NCBI RefSeq assembly: GCF_964204645.1
Contig: NC_134032.1
Coordinates: 310,001 to 374,000, forward strand
Length of the DNA: 64,000 nt
DNA from: Tubulanus polymorphus
Taxonomy: Eukaryota > Animalia > Nemertea
Direction: 5' to 3'
The number at the start of each line of letters is the position of its first letter. Within the stretch, counting starts at the first letter, position 1. The position numbers and the translations under genes are program-made. This document shows positions 1 through 12,890 of this stretch, in pieces. Under the pieces are notes generated by a model, which made no database searches, had not been told where the DNA came from, and saw only the letters and a list, made by a program, of their open reading frames with translations.

Positions 1-56
1 GATTTTGGTGCTCGCGTGTCAAATAAACTAGTTCACCTATAAAGTACTGTTCATAC

Positions 57-166
57 GGACCCAGTTCCACAGTTGTGAGTTAAGATTTGACTCAGAGTTA
101 ACTCATTGAAAATGAACTAATTTCAACTCAGAGTGAACACTAACTCACGACTGTTGAACTGAATCC
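57..166. mobile_element. Short MITE (ccagttccacagttgtgagtta family)
   Basis: Imperfect terminal inverted repeats ggacccagttccacagttgtgagtta / taactcacgactgttgaactgaatcc; second copy in opposite orientation at 4217-4324. Confidence 0.7.
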
Positions 167-564
167 TGGTTGTACATATTAAAGTAAACAGGTTAACACA
201 GCCGCTCTACGAATCTGTTTATGAAATGAGACACTTATATTTGAGATATGGTTTTAGACTTGAGAAGGGTGCTAGAAACCACCCGATATACTTATAGTAA
301 TTTTGATAAACCTTCGAGTCATTTAACAATTGTTGGATTTTTACATTTATGATTTATTATATAGATATTGTGACCTTAGTGATTCACGATGACAAAAATG
401 ATTGTTATCAATTACTATTTCACCCAATTGCTATTTCACCCTTCTTGGTCCTAGATACAACTATGAAATAGTCAAATGTTTTTCCTTTTAAGCGCAACTC
501 ACGATTAGACAAGTAAATTGTATGAAGAGTGAATTGTTTTATGAATTTGTCGGTTTATTTGCAG

Positions 565-3500
565 ACGTGTTTTTTGACGCTGCAGTCGGTGCTACGCGAA
601 CGCGTCTGTCACGTCTCAATTAAAGAGCGATACACGTTGTCCAATCAGACGCCGCGATCGTTCTGTGTGCAAAACTACACGATTCAAAACCAATCAAAAC
701 CGGTGAGTTTCACAGACCTACACGCCCCCCCCAGTTTCACAAACCCCCACGCCCCCCAGTTTCACAAACCCACATACCCCCAGTTTCACAGACCCCCACA
801 CCCCCAGTTTCACAGACCCCCACGCCCCCAGTTTCACAAACCAACACTCCACAACTTTATTTCATCTGTTTCCATCAAACAGCTTGTTGAAACAATGAAG
901 GCGGTCACTTTCCTGGAAATCAGGGAATTTATTTTCTTAGAATAAGTCAGGGAATCTTTTAAGAAAAGCTTAAGATCAGGGATAAGTCTGGGAAATATGT
1001 TTGGATTGCTAGATCACATTTATAATCAAACAGTTCCCGTCTATGTTTTACATATTTGACTGTTTTAATTGATTGAATTCTTATCAGATCAAGTCATGGG
1101 GAACAACGTATGGGTCAGGGAATAGTCAGGAAAGAAGCTCGTCAAATAAAAGTGGTTTCCATGAACAATAAACTTTTAAATATTTCTAAATTTTAGTTTT
1201 CAATCGCGGGATTTCTCACTAATTTCTCTTGTGTTCTTTCTTTCAGATCCGAAGCGAGGAGTTGACGGTTTCGAGTCGTGATATCCGAGGTCACTCGTCG
1301 TTACCGCTAACGTTGTGGTGCAGCGGTCGAACGAACGACGCGGACATCAAAGATCCTCGAGATCTCGTGCTTTATCTACGTTTGAAATCCGATCGTTCGG
1401 CCGATTGGAATTTCCCGTTGAGACTCGATCGAGTGAAGATTCCGTTCGGAGTCGCAGCGCACGGTACGTCCGTCTGCCTCGGGACTTGTCTCCATTCATA
1501 TATCACCTTCCCCAATGAGGAGTCCCTTTTTGTCAACACAGAAATCATTCAAACTTGTTAATTTGGCGATCATCCTTTTTGGTGTCAGAGTGATGGCACT
1601 ATTCTGGACCAGGGGCGAATTTAGACCTTGTCGACCGTGCCTTTTTATTTTTTCTCTGTATCAAAATTTGCCGTTGTAAAACCACCCGAGATACACAATA
1701 GATATTTTTCCTAAATATATAACCTATGTTTCTTGACTAAATGCCTCTCAGAGATGCTCCAGAAAACTCCAAAATGATTGTAAAATTTCAAAAATTTTGC
1801 TGATATGCCTTTCCGCCCTAAATTAAGAATATATGCCCTTTTTATTGGTCGACATGGTCACAACATGCCCCTGTGGACCAAGACTTGTTGCTATAATTTC
1901 AAGCTTGATCACATGGAAATATCAGGGAAGCTCAGGGAATTCGGATGATGCTATGAGGGCCATGTGTTTCTTTATCAGTACGTGATGTGATAAAAAATGA
2001 ATGAATTGTTAAATACTTCAAACCTAGAAATTTCCTCGATTGGGGATTACTCCAGTGGTGCCACCTTGTAATACGTTAAAGTATTAAATTTCTAATGATT
2101 TCAGATGAAGTTTGCAGCAGTTATTCGTATTTGTTGACGTATCACGAATTCGAAGGAGTCATTTATCTAGTCATTTCCGACGACCCGAACCCGCAACTGA
2201 TGATTCATAGTAATTGTCCGTTTCCTCTTTACATCAGTGAATCTCGTTCGGCTGGTAAGTAATCTGCAAGTCAAAGTTTAACTTAGATTCTTGGAGAGTC
2301 ATAATAATATTATGGATCTTAGTTAAACTTTGATTTTGATGTTTAAAATAGTGATCTAAGAGGACTCAAAATCTAGGCTTTAAACTAGTGAAGTGAAGAG
2401 TCACACTTCTATCAGAACTGATTGAAATAAGTTCGTCTGTGCTTGGAGTAATCAATTATCAAATGATTACTCCAAGATCTGTGCGCATAATCCAAATAAA
2501 GGGAGATTTTTTTAATGTTTATGAAACACAATTTTGCAGAAAACTTTCTATGATGAAAACTGAATTTCAACCTGTTTTTTTTTACTGATTTCAGGTTTCG
2601 CGATTGAAGAAGATTCTCATCACATTCCGTCTGCCATCGAGATACCCGCCGATACGTGCGTTCACTACAGCTGCTACGACCAACAATCATCGCGGTTGCA
2701 CCTGGGCGCGATGGATACGGGCAGAATCTCGTGGAGCGCGGGCATCGACGTGCGTTCGAAACACGACGCGATCGCCAACATTCCGAAAACGGCGGACGTT
2801 AAAATCCACGTCGAGACGTGGAACTACGTGTGTCACGTTTACGTCGATACGGTCAGCCGAGCGGGAGTCGCCGCGACCGAGGTTAAAACACGCGAACGCG
2901 CGCGCGGGCAAGAATTAGTCGTAGTCATGGATACGGACGCGGAACGAACAGTCGGCGTCGAGCGGCGTCGCCGCCACAAATCGCAGCGACATCGGAAATT
3001 ACGCGGGTCCGGGCCGGTTACGCCGATTAGTGTTAACCTACGCGTTAAACACGCCAGTTTCGTATTGTTGGACGATCAGACTGAATCGGGCGTCGTCACA
3101 GAGATATCGCGTTGCACGCTGGACAACGCGATCGCAGCGACGATACCGGCGGTTACCGACGACGACGACGCGCGAGTCGCGTATTTCGCTTGCGTTGAAA
3201 AGTTACAAATCGATAATCAAATGCATCTGGACGGAGGATACGACTTCCCGGTCGTATTGCTACCGATCCCCGCTGAGAAATCAACCTCGAGTTTAAATCA
3301 TTTCGATTATGTCGACGAATTGACGTTCGAACGTTTAGACGAAATGCGACGGTCGGCGTTCTGCAGCGTCGACGTTCTAGTCCGCGACGGAGGCTGCCGC
3401 GTCCATGAAATAGCCGTCGCCGTCGGTCCATTATCCGTTTACGTCGAGGATAAGTTCGTCTACGACATTTTGAAGAAGGTCGACAGTTTCGTGCCGACGA

Positions 3501-6500
3501 GTCGCGCGACCGCCTCTAGGACGACGACGACGACGCCGGCGGAGTTGCCGTCGACCGTCTGCTCGGAGCTGCATCGTCTGACGTCGCAGATCCGTCTGCA
3601 CAGTTTATCCGTGCGACCGATACAGATGTATTTGAGCGTTCACGCGTCGATGAAGTTGTTCCTCGCGTCGGACAACACGCCGCTGAAATTCGCCGAGTTC
3701 ACGCGTACCGATTTAACGGCGAGCGCGGATCGTCTGCTGAGGATGTTAGTGATGCATTACGCATCGGGCGCTTTATTCAGAGCAGGTGAGAGAATTAACA
3801 CTTAACCCATTCAGTGTGTCTACACCACAGTGCGGTGTACGAATCAGTGATAGATTTTGCTAGTGCACTGCGATATGATGTACTTGCAAAATCTATCACT
3901 GATTTATACGCAGCACTGTAGTGTAGACGCACTGAAAGGGTTAACCCTACACAACTGTCGAACTGTATCCAGAGTCATTGTTCAACTGGTTCTTGCGTTG
4001 AGTTTAAATGTAATATTTTTAGGTTGGGTGATTGGTTCGTTGGAGCTCGTCGGTAATCCGACCGGTTTGGTACAGAACGTCACGCGTGGTGTCGTCGATC
4101 TGCTGCGTCTGCCGATGGAAGGACTCGGTCAAGGTCCCGGATATTTTCTGTCGGGCGTACGACAAGGATTTTCCTCGTTGTTGTGGCACGTTTCTACCGG
4201 TGAGAGAAAACATAAGGATCCAGTTCCACAGTTGTGAGTTAGAGTTAACTCTGGGTTAAAGTTAGTTCATTTTCAATGAGTTAACTCAGAGTCAAATCTT
4301 AACTCCGAACTGGTGGAACTGGGTGAAGATAATTAGAATTGTGGGTTCTGGCTGTCATCAGGGTGACCAATTGAGGGTCTGGAAAACTCTGGAAGAATCT
4401 GGGAAAATCAGGGAATTTGACGAATTTTGAATGGGACGTGTAAAACTAAGGGAATTTGCCTCTGATCAATTTCTCTTTTAATACATGATTCATGAAAAAT
4501 TGAGAATTGTAAACCTAGAAGTTTCTCTTGATTTACTCTGGGAATTTTATGTAATCGCGCGGAGAAATCAGGGAAAAATCAGTTGATTTGTAAATGGGTG
4601 GAAAGTGGCCGTCACCCTGACAGTATAACATCATCTTTACCAGTGACTGTTCAAAATAGTACATGTCCTGTTTTAAATATCTGATTCATATATCTTTTGC
4701 CTTAGAATGGCCATTTTAGGCCCTCTAAGATTTCCAATTCAAGTCCCAATTTGTATTTCTAATTCAATTCACTAAGCGTAAGTCGTCATTTGGAAGTCAT
4801 CTGTATTTTTGAGTCTCAATTTATATTTCAATTCAATTTACTAAGTGTAGGTTGTCATTTGGGTAGGCCTAAGTCGTCACATAACTGAAGTCATCTCTAT
4901 TTCTGTTCAAAAATGTTGACTATCTTAATGTCATATATTTTGTGCCCTAGAATGGCCATTTTAGGCCCTCACATTACGTAAAAGGATCCCAGTTTATCTG
5001 TAGCTGTGTTGATTATCTATTCGCAGGTACGGTGAATTCGGTGACTAGTTTCGCGTCGAGTTTGTCGCGTAACATGGACTATTTATCGCTGGACGAGGCG
5101 CATTGTCTCCGCCAGGAGGAGATTCGACGGCGTCCGCCGGAGCAGGTCGGCGACGGCTTGAAACAAGGATTAACCGGGTTCGGCTTGAGTCTTCTAGGTA
5201 TGTGTGGAAACGTCTTATCGACTAGAGAGGCGCGAGGTCTAGGAAAAAAAATTATTTTTCTCTTAAATTTATATTTGCCGCGCACAAAACTTCAAGGCAC
5301 CTGATAACTGATAATGGTTAAATTGAAGAAATTGTTTTCCACTGTATTAAGATAGTAATATATACACTATACACTAATGTCTATTTCAACCTAACTTGAG
5401 TCTGGTTGACTAGCTCAGTCAGTTTTAGTTGTGCATACCTGATACAGGTTTTGATAGGACCAGCATCAATCTTTAATCCATTTAACACTATTGAAGTATT
5501 GCAAAATACCTAAAAAGGTTCTTTTAAATGCGGTTGTCTCAGAAGTTGTGTCAGAGAAGAGACATCACTTTTGATTTGGGGTCGCCAGTCCTCAGTGTTG
5601 TTATCATGGACTAAAAAACGAATTAATGGTTATAGATTGAAAGTGGGTCATCAGTCCTCAGTGTTATAGATTGTATTAAGATCAGTGATAGCGATTGAAT
5701 TTATGGCTTTTCAATAAACAATACCTTCTGTGAATGAAGTAAGCAAACTATGATATAAATGATAAAACTTTTATATATCAATAGATATACAGTTACACTG
5801 CTGGCGCAGAGTCTCGTAAAAACGATTGACAATTTTTGTTTATCATGCTAACTAGCTGTCCAGTCCAGTGTTTATATTGTAAAATCTCAGTGATCGCTGA
5901 TTATTAATGATATCCCAGTGACAGATAACTACAATGTTACTGTCACACACTTTATGTATCTCACATGTCCAACTGTCTGTAGAGTTCAGTATTATACGCA
6001 GGTGATCTATAAACCTGTGATTATTATACTCTGATACTGATAACAGCACCTCTGTTACCAGTATCAGAGCATACTGATAATAATACATGTTTATCACTAA
6101 TAACACACGGGAATCCTGCACATCCTGTCACAGTAGACAAACATGCGTCCCCGTGTGTCAACATCTAAACAGTTTAGGTAACAGTAATATCCATCCGGGA
6201 GCTGATATTTCTTCACTCGTTTTCTATTTATCAAACTGTTTACAGTCGGATGTTCAGTGATCGGTTCTGTATAATTCACTTTAAACAATTGCGTCCCTCG
6301 TCGACTAATACCAATCACATGAAGTCCTGCTCCTATAAATTGTGGAGACTTTTGAAGGCTTGATTTATAGTTTTCGGCCATTTCTCCATTCGAACACTTA
6401 ACGATGAATCCGTGGGTTTGTGGTTGATGGTTGAACGGGATGCCGAGATCCGGTATCTCAACACCGGGGGGCGGTGCTCGCCATTCTAATCTCACCTGAA

Positions 6501-8208
6501 ATAGAAAACGACATTTTTATTTGACTCTCACCTCGCAGCGGTCACCTGGCTAGTATCGCATGTGGGTGATGATGATGAAACTGAAGATGAAAATGATTCT
6601 TACCTCATCGAACGGTATCACTTGTACGGATATTTGTTCTTCGGTTATTTGTTGTCTTTCAAATAGTTCTCGTTTAATCAAGGTCTCCAGTTCCTCTGTC
6701 CATATCAATTGTAATAGATCACCGTCAACAGTTATCAGATCACATTCTAGTTTGAATAACGGTTGATAGGAATAATTAGCGATATCTCTACTTTCATTCT
6801 CCTCATCTGAATAAACGTTTACTTTGCGTCTTTCAAACGTAACAGTGAATTCTGATCTATACTCGCAGCTAACGCTACTACCTGCCATGTTTGCTCGTCA
6901 AAAAGTAACTACTTGGAACTCGTGTTGAAGTTTTATATCAAGTATGAAAGGCAACAGATATTCCCAGGGTCTGATTCTGAAGTGAACATTATCAAAAACT
7001 TGTTTGCGCCTGTCGGCCTAAATCACTTTTTCGATGAATCATGTCTTTGATCACGTAGCCCCCAGATAAGGGAACTATTGATATGCGTGTCAGTGACTAA
7101 TGTCTATTGTAACGTTGTTTGAGAGGATGTCGCATGTCCTAGTTCAGTTAGTTTTATCAGCACATACCTGATATAAGTCTTAATAGGACCATCACAGATA
7201 GGGGCAGGTGACCTAAAACAGAATTTTTATCCTACCCTTTTTATTCTACACTGCATTGAAGGATTGCAAAATACTTAAAAAGTTTCCTTTGAATGGGGTT
7301 GTCTCAAAAGTTTTGTCATGGATGAGACACCATTTTCTTTCAAAGGAATCAAGTTTTACAATATGTTTTAAATGTCTACCAACTGAAGTTTTTTTCAAAT
7401 CATCAAACATTGAGACAGTTGTTGAAAAGTGGGTTAGAGAGACCATAGTACACTGGTTAACTCTAGCCAACTTATGAGAAACTTGCCCGTGGTTTTTAGG
7501 CATGGAAACAAAGTGTTCAATATTCAAATTATGGAGTCTTTTTCTTTTTTTTATCTCATTCAATGAAGACTCTTTGCCAAACCTTCAATATGTTGAAAAA
7601 TGGATTGAAAATCGATGTTTCAGATCAACTGCCCATAATCAGTGCACCTGATGATGGTTAATAGTATTCTCGTCCACTATTGAACTTTTTCATCTTTGCT
7701 GATTTATTGTGGAATTTATCTCGTATTTTCAGCTTCGCTCGTCTTATTAAAGCCTTGATTGAGCTAGGCCAGCCGACCTCCTTTCAAGCAAAGTCAAAAT
7801 AGACTTTAGCTCTTAGTTGCGTTCTCTTTAATCGCTAGTTAAGATGAAATCGACAAGACCAAACCCTGCAAGGAAGGAATTAACGAAATATTTTTGAGCA
7901 AGCGGTGTGGGCGAGTGGTTAGAGCATTCGGCTCTGAGAAGCCAGGTCGTGGGTTCGAACCCTGTAGTGTCCTCGGGCAAGACACTTATCCTCATTGCCT
8001 CTCTCCACCCAGGAGTAAATGGGTACCTGGCCTGATAGATGACTCCCGAGCGCCTAGTAGCTGCTCGGATGTTACTTCTCCCCAGGGAGAGATGACCAAT
8101 TTAGGAATAGAGGCATAGGCTGGGGGTTTTACCAAATCTGGAGTGCATCTGAACTCACTGGTTAAGATACCTGCGCTATATAAATGTCAATTATCATTAT
8201 TATTATCA

Positions 8209-8248
<40 letters not shown>

Positions 8249-10910
8249 ATTAAATATTTTGTCGTGTTATCGTTGATTGTAAAAGCTCATTTTCTCCACT
8301 CGTACACAGGTGCGGTAGCTGGTCTGGCCGAACAGCCGTTGCAAGGTATCCAACAAGTTACCGATCAGAGTCTGTCGGCCAGTCAAAAAGTGCTCGGCGT
8401 CATTTCCGGCTTCGGGAAAGGATTGATCGGCGTCGTTACTAAACCAGTAGGTGGCAGCGCTGAGTTCGTCGCACGTACAGGACATGGTTAGTATCGGTTT
8501 TATACTGGAACCAATCAAAGGCTTACATTTTCTTTTATTATTATTATTGCTATTGCTGACAACTCAATGCCTGAAAGTGCTGGAGATAATAAGGAAATTT
8601 TGCAATTTGAATTCCACCCCAGTGCGGTGTATAACAGGTATCACTGCTGTGCGTCTACACCGCGGCACAGTGTATGATTAGTTACTAATATTTCGCTGTG
8701 TTTGACAGCATCCTCCCCCGGCAGGGATTCGAACCTGATGGCATCGAGATTGCCACGGCACGAAACCCTGCCATAATCGACCGTGTGCGCAGATACATGC
8801 GCAGTTCAGATGATGTGATTTTTAGCCAATCAGAAATCCCGTTTTATTTTAGCCCGGGTTTTCCCATTTATAGTTCCTCCTTGAAATTTGCCTCAACGAT
8901 TATACAACGCGCAATCTGATTGGTGCCGCCAGTTTTCGTTCGGAAAGCTGCGCATGTACCTGCACACATGGTCGTCTATGGCAGGGTTCGTGCCGTGGCT
9001 GAGTGTATCGTTGCCATCAGGTTCGAGTCCCTGCAGAGGGAGGATGGTTTGACAGGTGCTGCCATCTTTCATTGGACATAGAAAACTTATTACTAATAAC
9101 ATCAATACACTGCGATGCGGTGTACTAGCAAAGTCGACATGATTTGTACACCGCATCATGGTGTAGAAACACTGAAAGAGTTGATCCTAAATCCTAATCC
9201 ATTGATTTCCTTTACCTTCAGTTCTTATATGTTTCTAGCAAAATTTCTGTACTAGCAAACCCCATCAGTGATGTATATACACCGCACTGCGATGTAGAGA
9301 TAATGAAAGGCTAAAAAACTTTTTTTTACGATAAAATTTAGATTAAAAATTGTTTTCGTTCGTTTTTTGTTAGGATTGCTGAACGGAGTCGGCGTCGGGC
9401 GTCTGCCCGGACCGTGGTATAAATCAGTCGTCGTCGAAGTCTCGACGTTCTCGACCGGTCAGTGGAAATTCCTCGCGAAAACGATCGAATCGGCCGCGAC
9501 GAATGAAATCATCTCGATCATCATGGCGACGCGCGTTGTCGTCGATGCCGCGGCGACCGAGCAACAATACACCGATGACGTCGAAGACGATGACCATACC
9601 TACGAATGTCTACCGGATGTTTACATCATTTTGAGTCCACAGGTGAATATTGAATTGTGTAAATGTTTAAATATTGGTTTTAACCGACAATATTCTATTG
9701 TAATAAGCCCTCGATAGATAGAGTTCAAATTTTAGTCAGAGCTGTTAACTCTAACTGTAATTGTAAAATCCTAGAGGCTTTGTTGATCAAATTAGAAAAG
9801 CCAAATTTCAACTTGCAATTGTTTCAAAATGGATCCTCGTTCATTTTACATGTCTCTCGTTCGGCCTGTGTTCTGGTTGTTGCCATATTATGTAATCTGC
9901 TATTTTAATACCACTATCGACCTGTTAATTCATATCTTAACGTACTATCGGCACTTTTTATGCATTTTTGAAGTTTTCAAGGGCATTAGAAAATTTGGGT
10001 CGATCGGACACGAGATGGCCGTCCTGTCCTGTGATCTTTTTGTGGCTATAAAAAGGTCATTTTTGATTCTATTCGTAGGCCTTTAGCTTCATAAAGGTTT
10101 TCGCGAAATTACATTCGAATTTGAGAAGGGTTTATTTTAGGAAGGGATCTCTAGCGTATCAGACAGGTTTTCTTGATCGGTCAATTATTACGTAATTGGA
10201 GGCCATCTTAGTGTCATCGGTCCCCATTCAAAGATGAGTTTGATAGATTTGTGTTTTGCTGTAATCTTTTCAGGTGTTGTTCATCATCGATATAAACGAG
10301 GATTGTCAACAGCAGGCGTTCGCTGTCACTGAATTAGATTGTTTGTGTTCGGGTTCAACGTCAATGGTGTTGATGGAATGGAACAGCGCTGATGACAATA
10401 AACTACAGGTATTTATCCATTGAAACACCAGACATTTTATCAGCTCACTTCCAAAAACTGATCGTCCACATTTCACATGTGTTCAGAACTTCACCGGAGA
10501 CATTTCTAATTGAAAATGAACTACAAACACCAGACATTAGACATTTTATCAGCGCACTTTCAGAACCCGTTCGTCCACACTTCACATGTGTTCAGAACTT
10601 CAGACATTTTTATTGGTAGTTAAATATAAGTTAAAATAAATCCGACTTAAGCCGAGTCCACTGTATCTAAGAGAATGTTAATTTTTTTCTTTCGCAGAAG
10701 GAGGGCGACAAGAAAGACCGGATCGCGGACTTCGTGGTCGGCGCGTCGTCCGGCCGGGAATTATCGGTGACCGATCGTATCGCGTTCGCGCCGGCGAAAG
10801 TGAAATATACGTTCAACTGCGAACAGAAATCACGTGACTCATTCTACACTCTGTTCCATATAGTCAGACGAAAACTGCTCGGGAAAGGCTTCTCGGTTTG
10901 GGGCGAATGA
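565..10910 (+). CDS. VPS13B: Intermembrane lipid transfer protein VPS13B (COH1), 3' portion, 10 exons; 5' end outside window
   Basis: Phase-compatible GT-AG exons: 565-702, 1247-1463, 2105-2254, 2595-3785, 4023-4199, 5027-5197, 8310-8486, 9374-9642, 10274-10408, 10698-10910 (TGA). Motifs LQIDNQ..YDFPV, HYASGALFRAGWVIGSLELVGNPTGL, TSFASSLSRNMDYLSLD, GKGLIGVVTKPVGG and C-terminal KLLGKGF are typical of the VPS13B C-terminus. Confidence 0.93.
707..845 (+). repeat. 24-bp minisatellite (cagtttcacagacccccacgcccc), ~5.5 copies
   Basis: Units start at about 732, 757, 781, 805 and 829, just after a VPS13B donor site. Confidence 0.85.
3806..3940. mobile_element. piggyBac-like MITE
   Basis: TTAA|CCC...GGG|TTAA ends with ~34-bp imperfect TIRs (cccattcagtgtgtctacaccacagtgc / gcactgtagtgtagacgcactgaaaggg); degraded relatives near 8620-8700 and 9105-9315. 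Confidence 0.75.
4217..4324. mobile_element. Short MITE, same family as 57-166
   Basis: TIRs ggatccagttccacagtt / aactggtggaactgggt; interior is the reverse complement of 57-166. Confidence 0.7.
4359..4619. mobile_element. hAT-like MITE with internal AAATCAGGGAA motifs
   Basis: TIR cagggtgac / gtcaccctg; related sequence at ~897-1160 and ~1915-1945; no TSD retained. Confidence 0.5.
4742..4900 (+). repeat. ~89-bp dispersed tandem repeat (caatttgtatttctaattcaattcactaagtgtaagtcgtcatttgg...)
   Basis: About 2 copies here and ~3.5 copies at 31691-32012. Confidence 0.75.
5852..6888 (-). pseudogene. Nested antisense two-exon gene of unknown function in a VPS13B intron, with an apparent frameshift
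   Basis: Exon 6888-6604 (95 codons), intron 6603-6496 (gag|gtaaga ... ttttctatttcag|gtg), exon from 6495 in frame; reading continues in a shifted frame near 6120 to a stop at 5852; TATAAAA ~45 bp upstream of the ATG. Confidence 0.55.
7896..8251 (+). mobile_element. tRNA-derived SINE, CORE-type, with (TTA)n tail
   Basis: A box tgggcgagtgg (7908), B box ggttcgaacc (7952), CORE-like gtgtcctcgggcaagacactt...gtaaatggg, TTA-repeat tail, possible TSD aaatatttt (7886-7894 / 8252-8260). Confidence 0.85.
8709..9046. mobile_element. MITE with long imperfect TIRs and 9-bp TSD (Mutator-like)
   Basis: Ends catcctccc...gggaggatg; perfect 9-bp duplication gtttgacag (8700-8708 / 9047-9055); near-identical copy at 17928-18266. 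Confidence 0.88.
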
Positions 10911-12028
10911 AAGCTTTAGAATCTGATAACTCTATTCATTTTCGGCAAGCGGTAAAAATATTGAAACCGGTGTCTTTAAACTCATTTGCTGCAGTGAGTC
11001 TAATCGGGTTGAGTCTTAATCATATCTCGAGTTAAACCTAAGCGCAATTAGTTAAGATAGGTCGATCTAAGCGGTCTTTCATGTTGGTTTGAGATGATGC
11101 CTTGGTGCCCCCTAGGTCAATCAGTTTTTATTCAGAAAAGACTTAAGATATATGTGCTAAATGACCAGAACGGACGCCGCAACAGTTGAACTAGAATATG
11201 GATTATTGATTCGATCGTGCAGTCAAACCTGATCTGGATCGGCTTAATCCGTGTTTTGGTCTAATCCGAACAATATTTGCGGTCCATGTACATAAATATA
11301 CGAGAAAAGGCTTTTTAGATCCGGATTTCATGTAAACCATATGAATTTTGTTGGTCCCAAATGATCCTTATAAAGCGGGTTTTATTATTTTGAAGAATTG
11401 CTGAAAATTCCTAAATCCGGGGACCAATTCAAGTTCAGCTTGTATCTGATGTGAAAAAATTTAAGTCCATCTTTGTGCTTGGTTTTTCTCATGGTCTTAT
11501 TCAAATCTCGTTGCAGTGGAATCCTCTCTAACTGGGCTCTAGGCTCAAAGACAATATTGTCAAAGTAGCATCTAGTCTAAAGCAATGGCATTTTCGGTGA
11601 AAATTCGTTTTAAGAATTAACAAATGGCCTGAATGAACTTTGTGTGTTTGCGTAATTGTGCGAGGTGTTTCTATGAGGTAAATAGGTAAAAGTAAATAAT
11701 TATTGTTATAGAAATATATAATATATTTGTCTTCATATTTCTGTTGTTATTTTGATGTCGGTTTCTAAAATAAATTCTATTTATTCAAAAGGGTTTAAAA
11801 TCAAAGTGTGGTACTGTCCACATTGTATCGGTGAATATTAAAGTTAAATCTACATTCAAAAGAAACTATGAGTTATTTTCAAAAAGAAATTTACTTCAGC
11901 CTCTATGAATCTAATTCAGTTTGTTGGTTTCTATTTATTCTGGTTGTCGGATGTTCAAATCATGAGTTGGCTGTCAATGAACTGATGTCACTGTATGTAA
12001 ACATACACCTCCTTCCACCTAGAAACAG

Positions 12029-12367
12029 CTAACCCTAACCCTAGCTTGTGATTGGCTGGAGCTGGTCATCTGATATATGCAAATAGCCCCAAGCACATGG
12101 TCGCTAACCCTAACCCTAGCTCCTGATTGGCTGGAGCTGGTCACCTGATATATGCAAATAGCCCCAAGCACATGGTCACTAACCCTAACCCTAGCTTGTG
12201 ATTGGCTGGAGCTTGTCACCTGATCCATAGCCCCAAGCACATGGTCACTAACCCTAACCCTAGCTTGTGATTGGCTGAAGCTGGTCACCTGATACATGCA
12301 AATAGCCCCAAGCACATGGTCACTAACCCTAACCCTAGCTTGTGATTGGCTGGAGCTGGTCACCTGA
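12029..12367 (+). repeat. ~75-bp minisatellite containing (CTAACC)2 telomere-like seeds
   Basis: ~4.5 copies of ctaaccctaaccctagcttgtgattggctggagctggtcacctgatatatgcaaatagccccaagcacatggtca. Confidence 0.88.
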
Positions 12368-12455
12368 TGTAAACAAACCTGCCATACTAGCTCTCTAGTG
12401 ATTATGGGATAGAATGCATAAGGACACTTTGAACTTTTGAGTAAAATGAAACTCC

Positions 12456-12890
12456 TCTGTGGAACTGGATCCAGAGTCAAATTAAACCCACACAACTGTG
12501 GAACGGGATCCAGAGTAAAATTAAACCCACACAACTGTGGAACTGGGCCCAGAGTCAAACCCACACAACCGTGGAACTGGGTCCAGAGTCGAATTAAACC
12601 CACACAACTGTGGAACTGGATCCTGAGTCAAATTAAACCCACACAACTGTGGAACTGGGCCCAGAGTCAAACCCACACAACTGTGGAACTGGGTCCAGAG
12701 TCGAATTAAACCTACATAACTGTGGAATTGGGGTTCAGAGTGAAATTAAACCCACACAACTGTCGAGTTCAGAGTCGACTTGGACCTACACAACTGGGTC
12801 AACGTAAAACCACACAACTGTGGAACTGGATCCAGAGAGTCAACTTTAATCCATGCAAATGTGGAACTGGATCTAAGAGTCAAACAAGAC
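12456..12890 (+). repeat. 34-39-bp minisatellite derived from the end of the 57-166 MITE family
   Basis: ~11 copies of actgtggaactggRtccagagtcaaattaaacccacaca, which contain the MITE TIR. Confidence 0.8.

Noticed and set aside
1610-1873. Possible hAT-like MITE (cagggg...cccctg)
   Set aside because: TIR is only 6 bp and the flanks share just tggac; insufficient evidence.
2412-3431. Alternative-frame and antisense ORFs over VPS13B exon 2595-3785
   Set aside because: Shadows of a GC/CpG-rich coding exon with no independent motifs.
8698-9159. ORFs here and at 17832-18346 that resemble each other
   Set aside because: They fall within copies of a non-coding MITE, and the similarity reflects the inverted arms.
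12029-12367. Telomere or interstitial telomeric array
   Set aside because: Only ~2.5 hexamers per 75-bp unit; not a TTAGGG tract.
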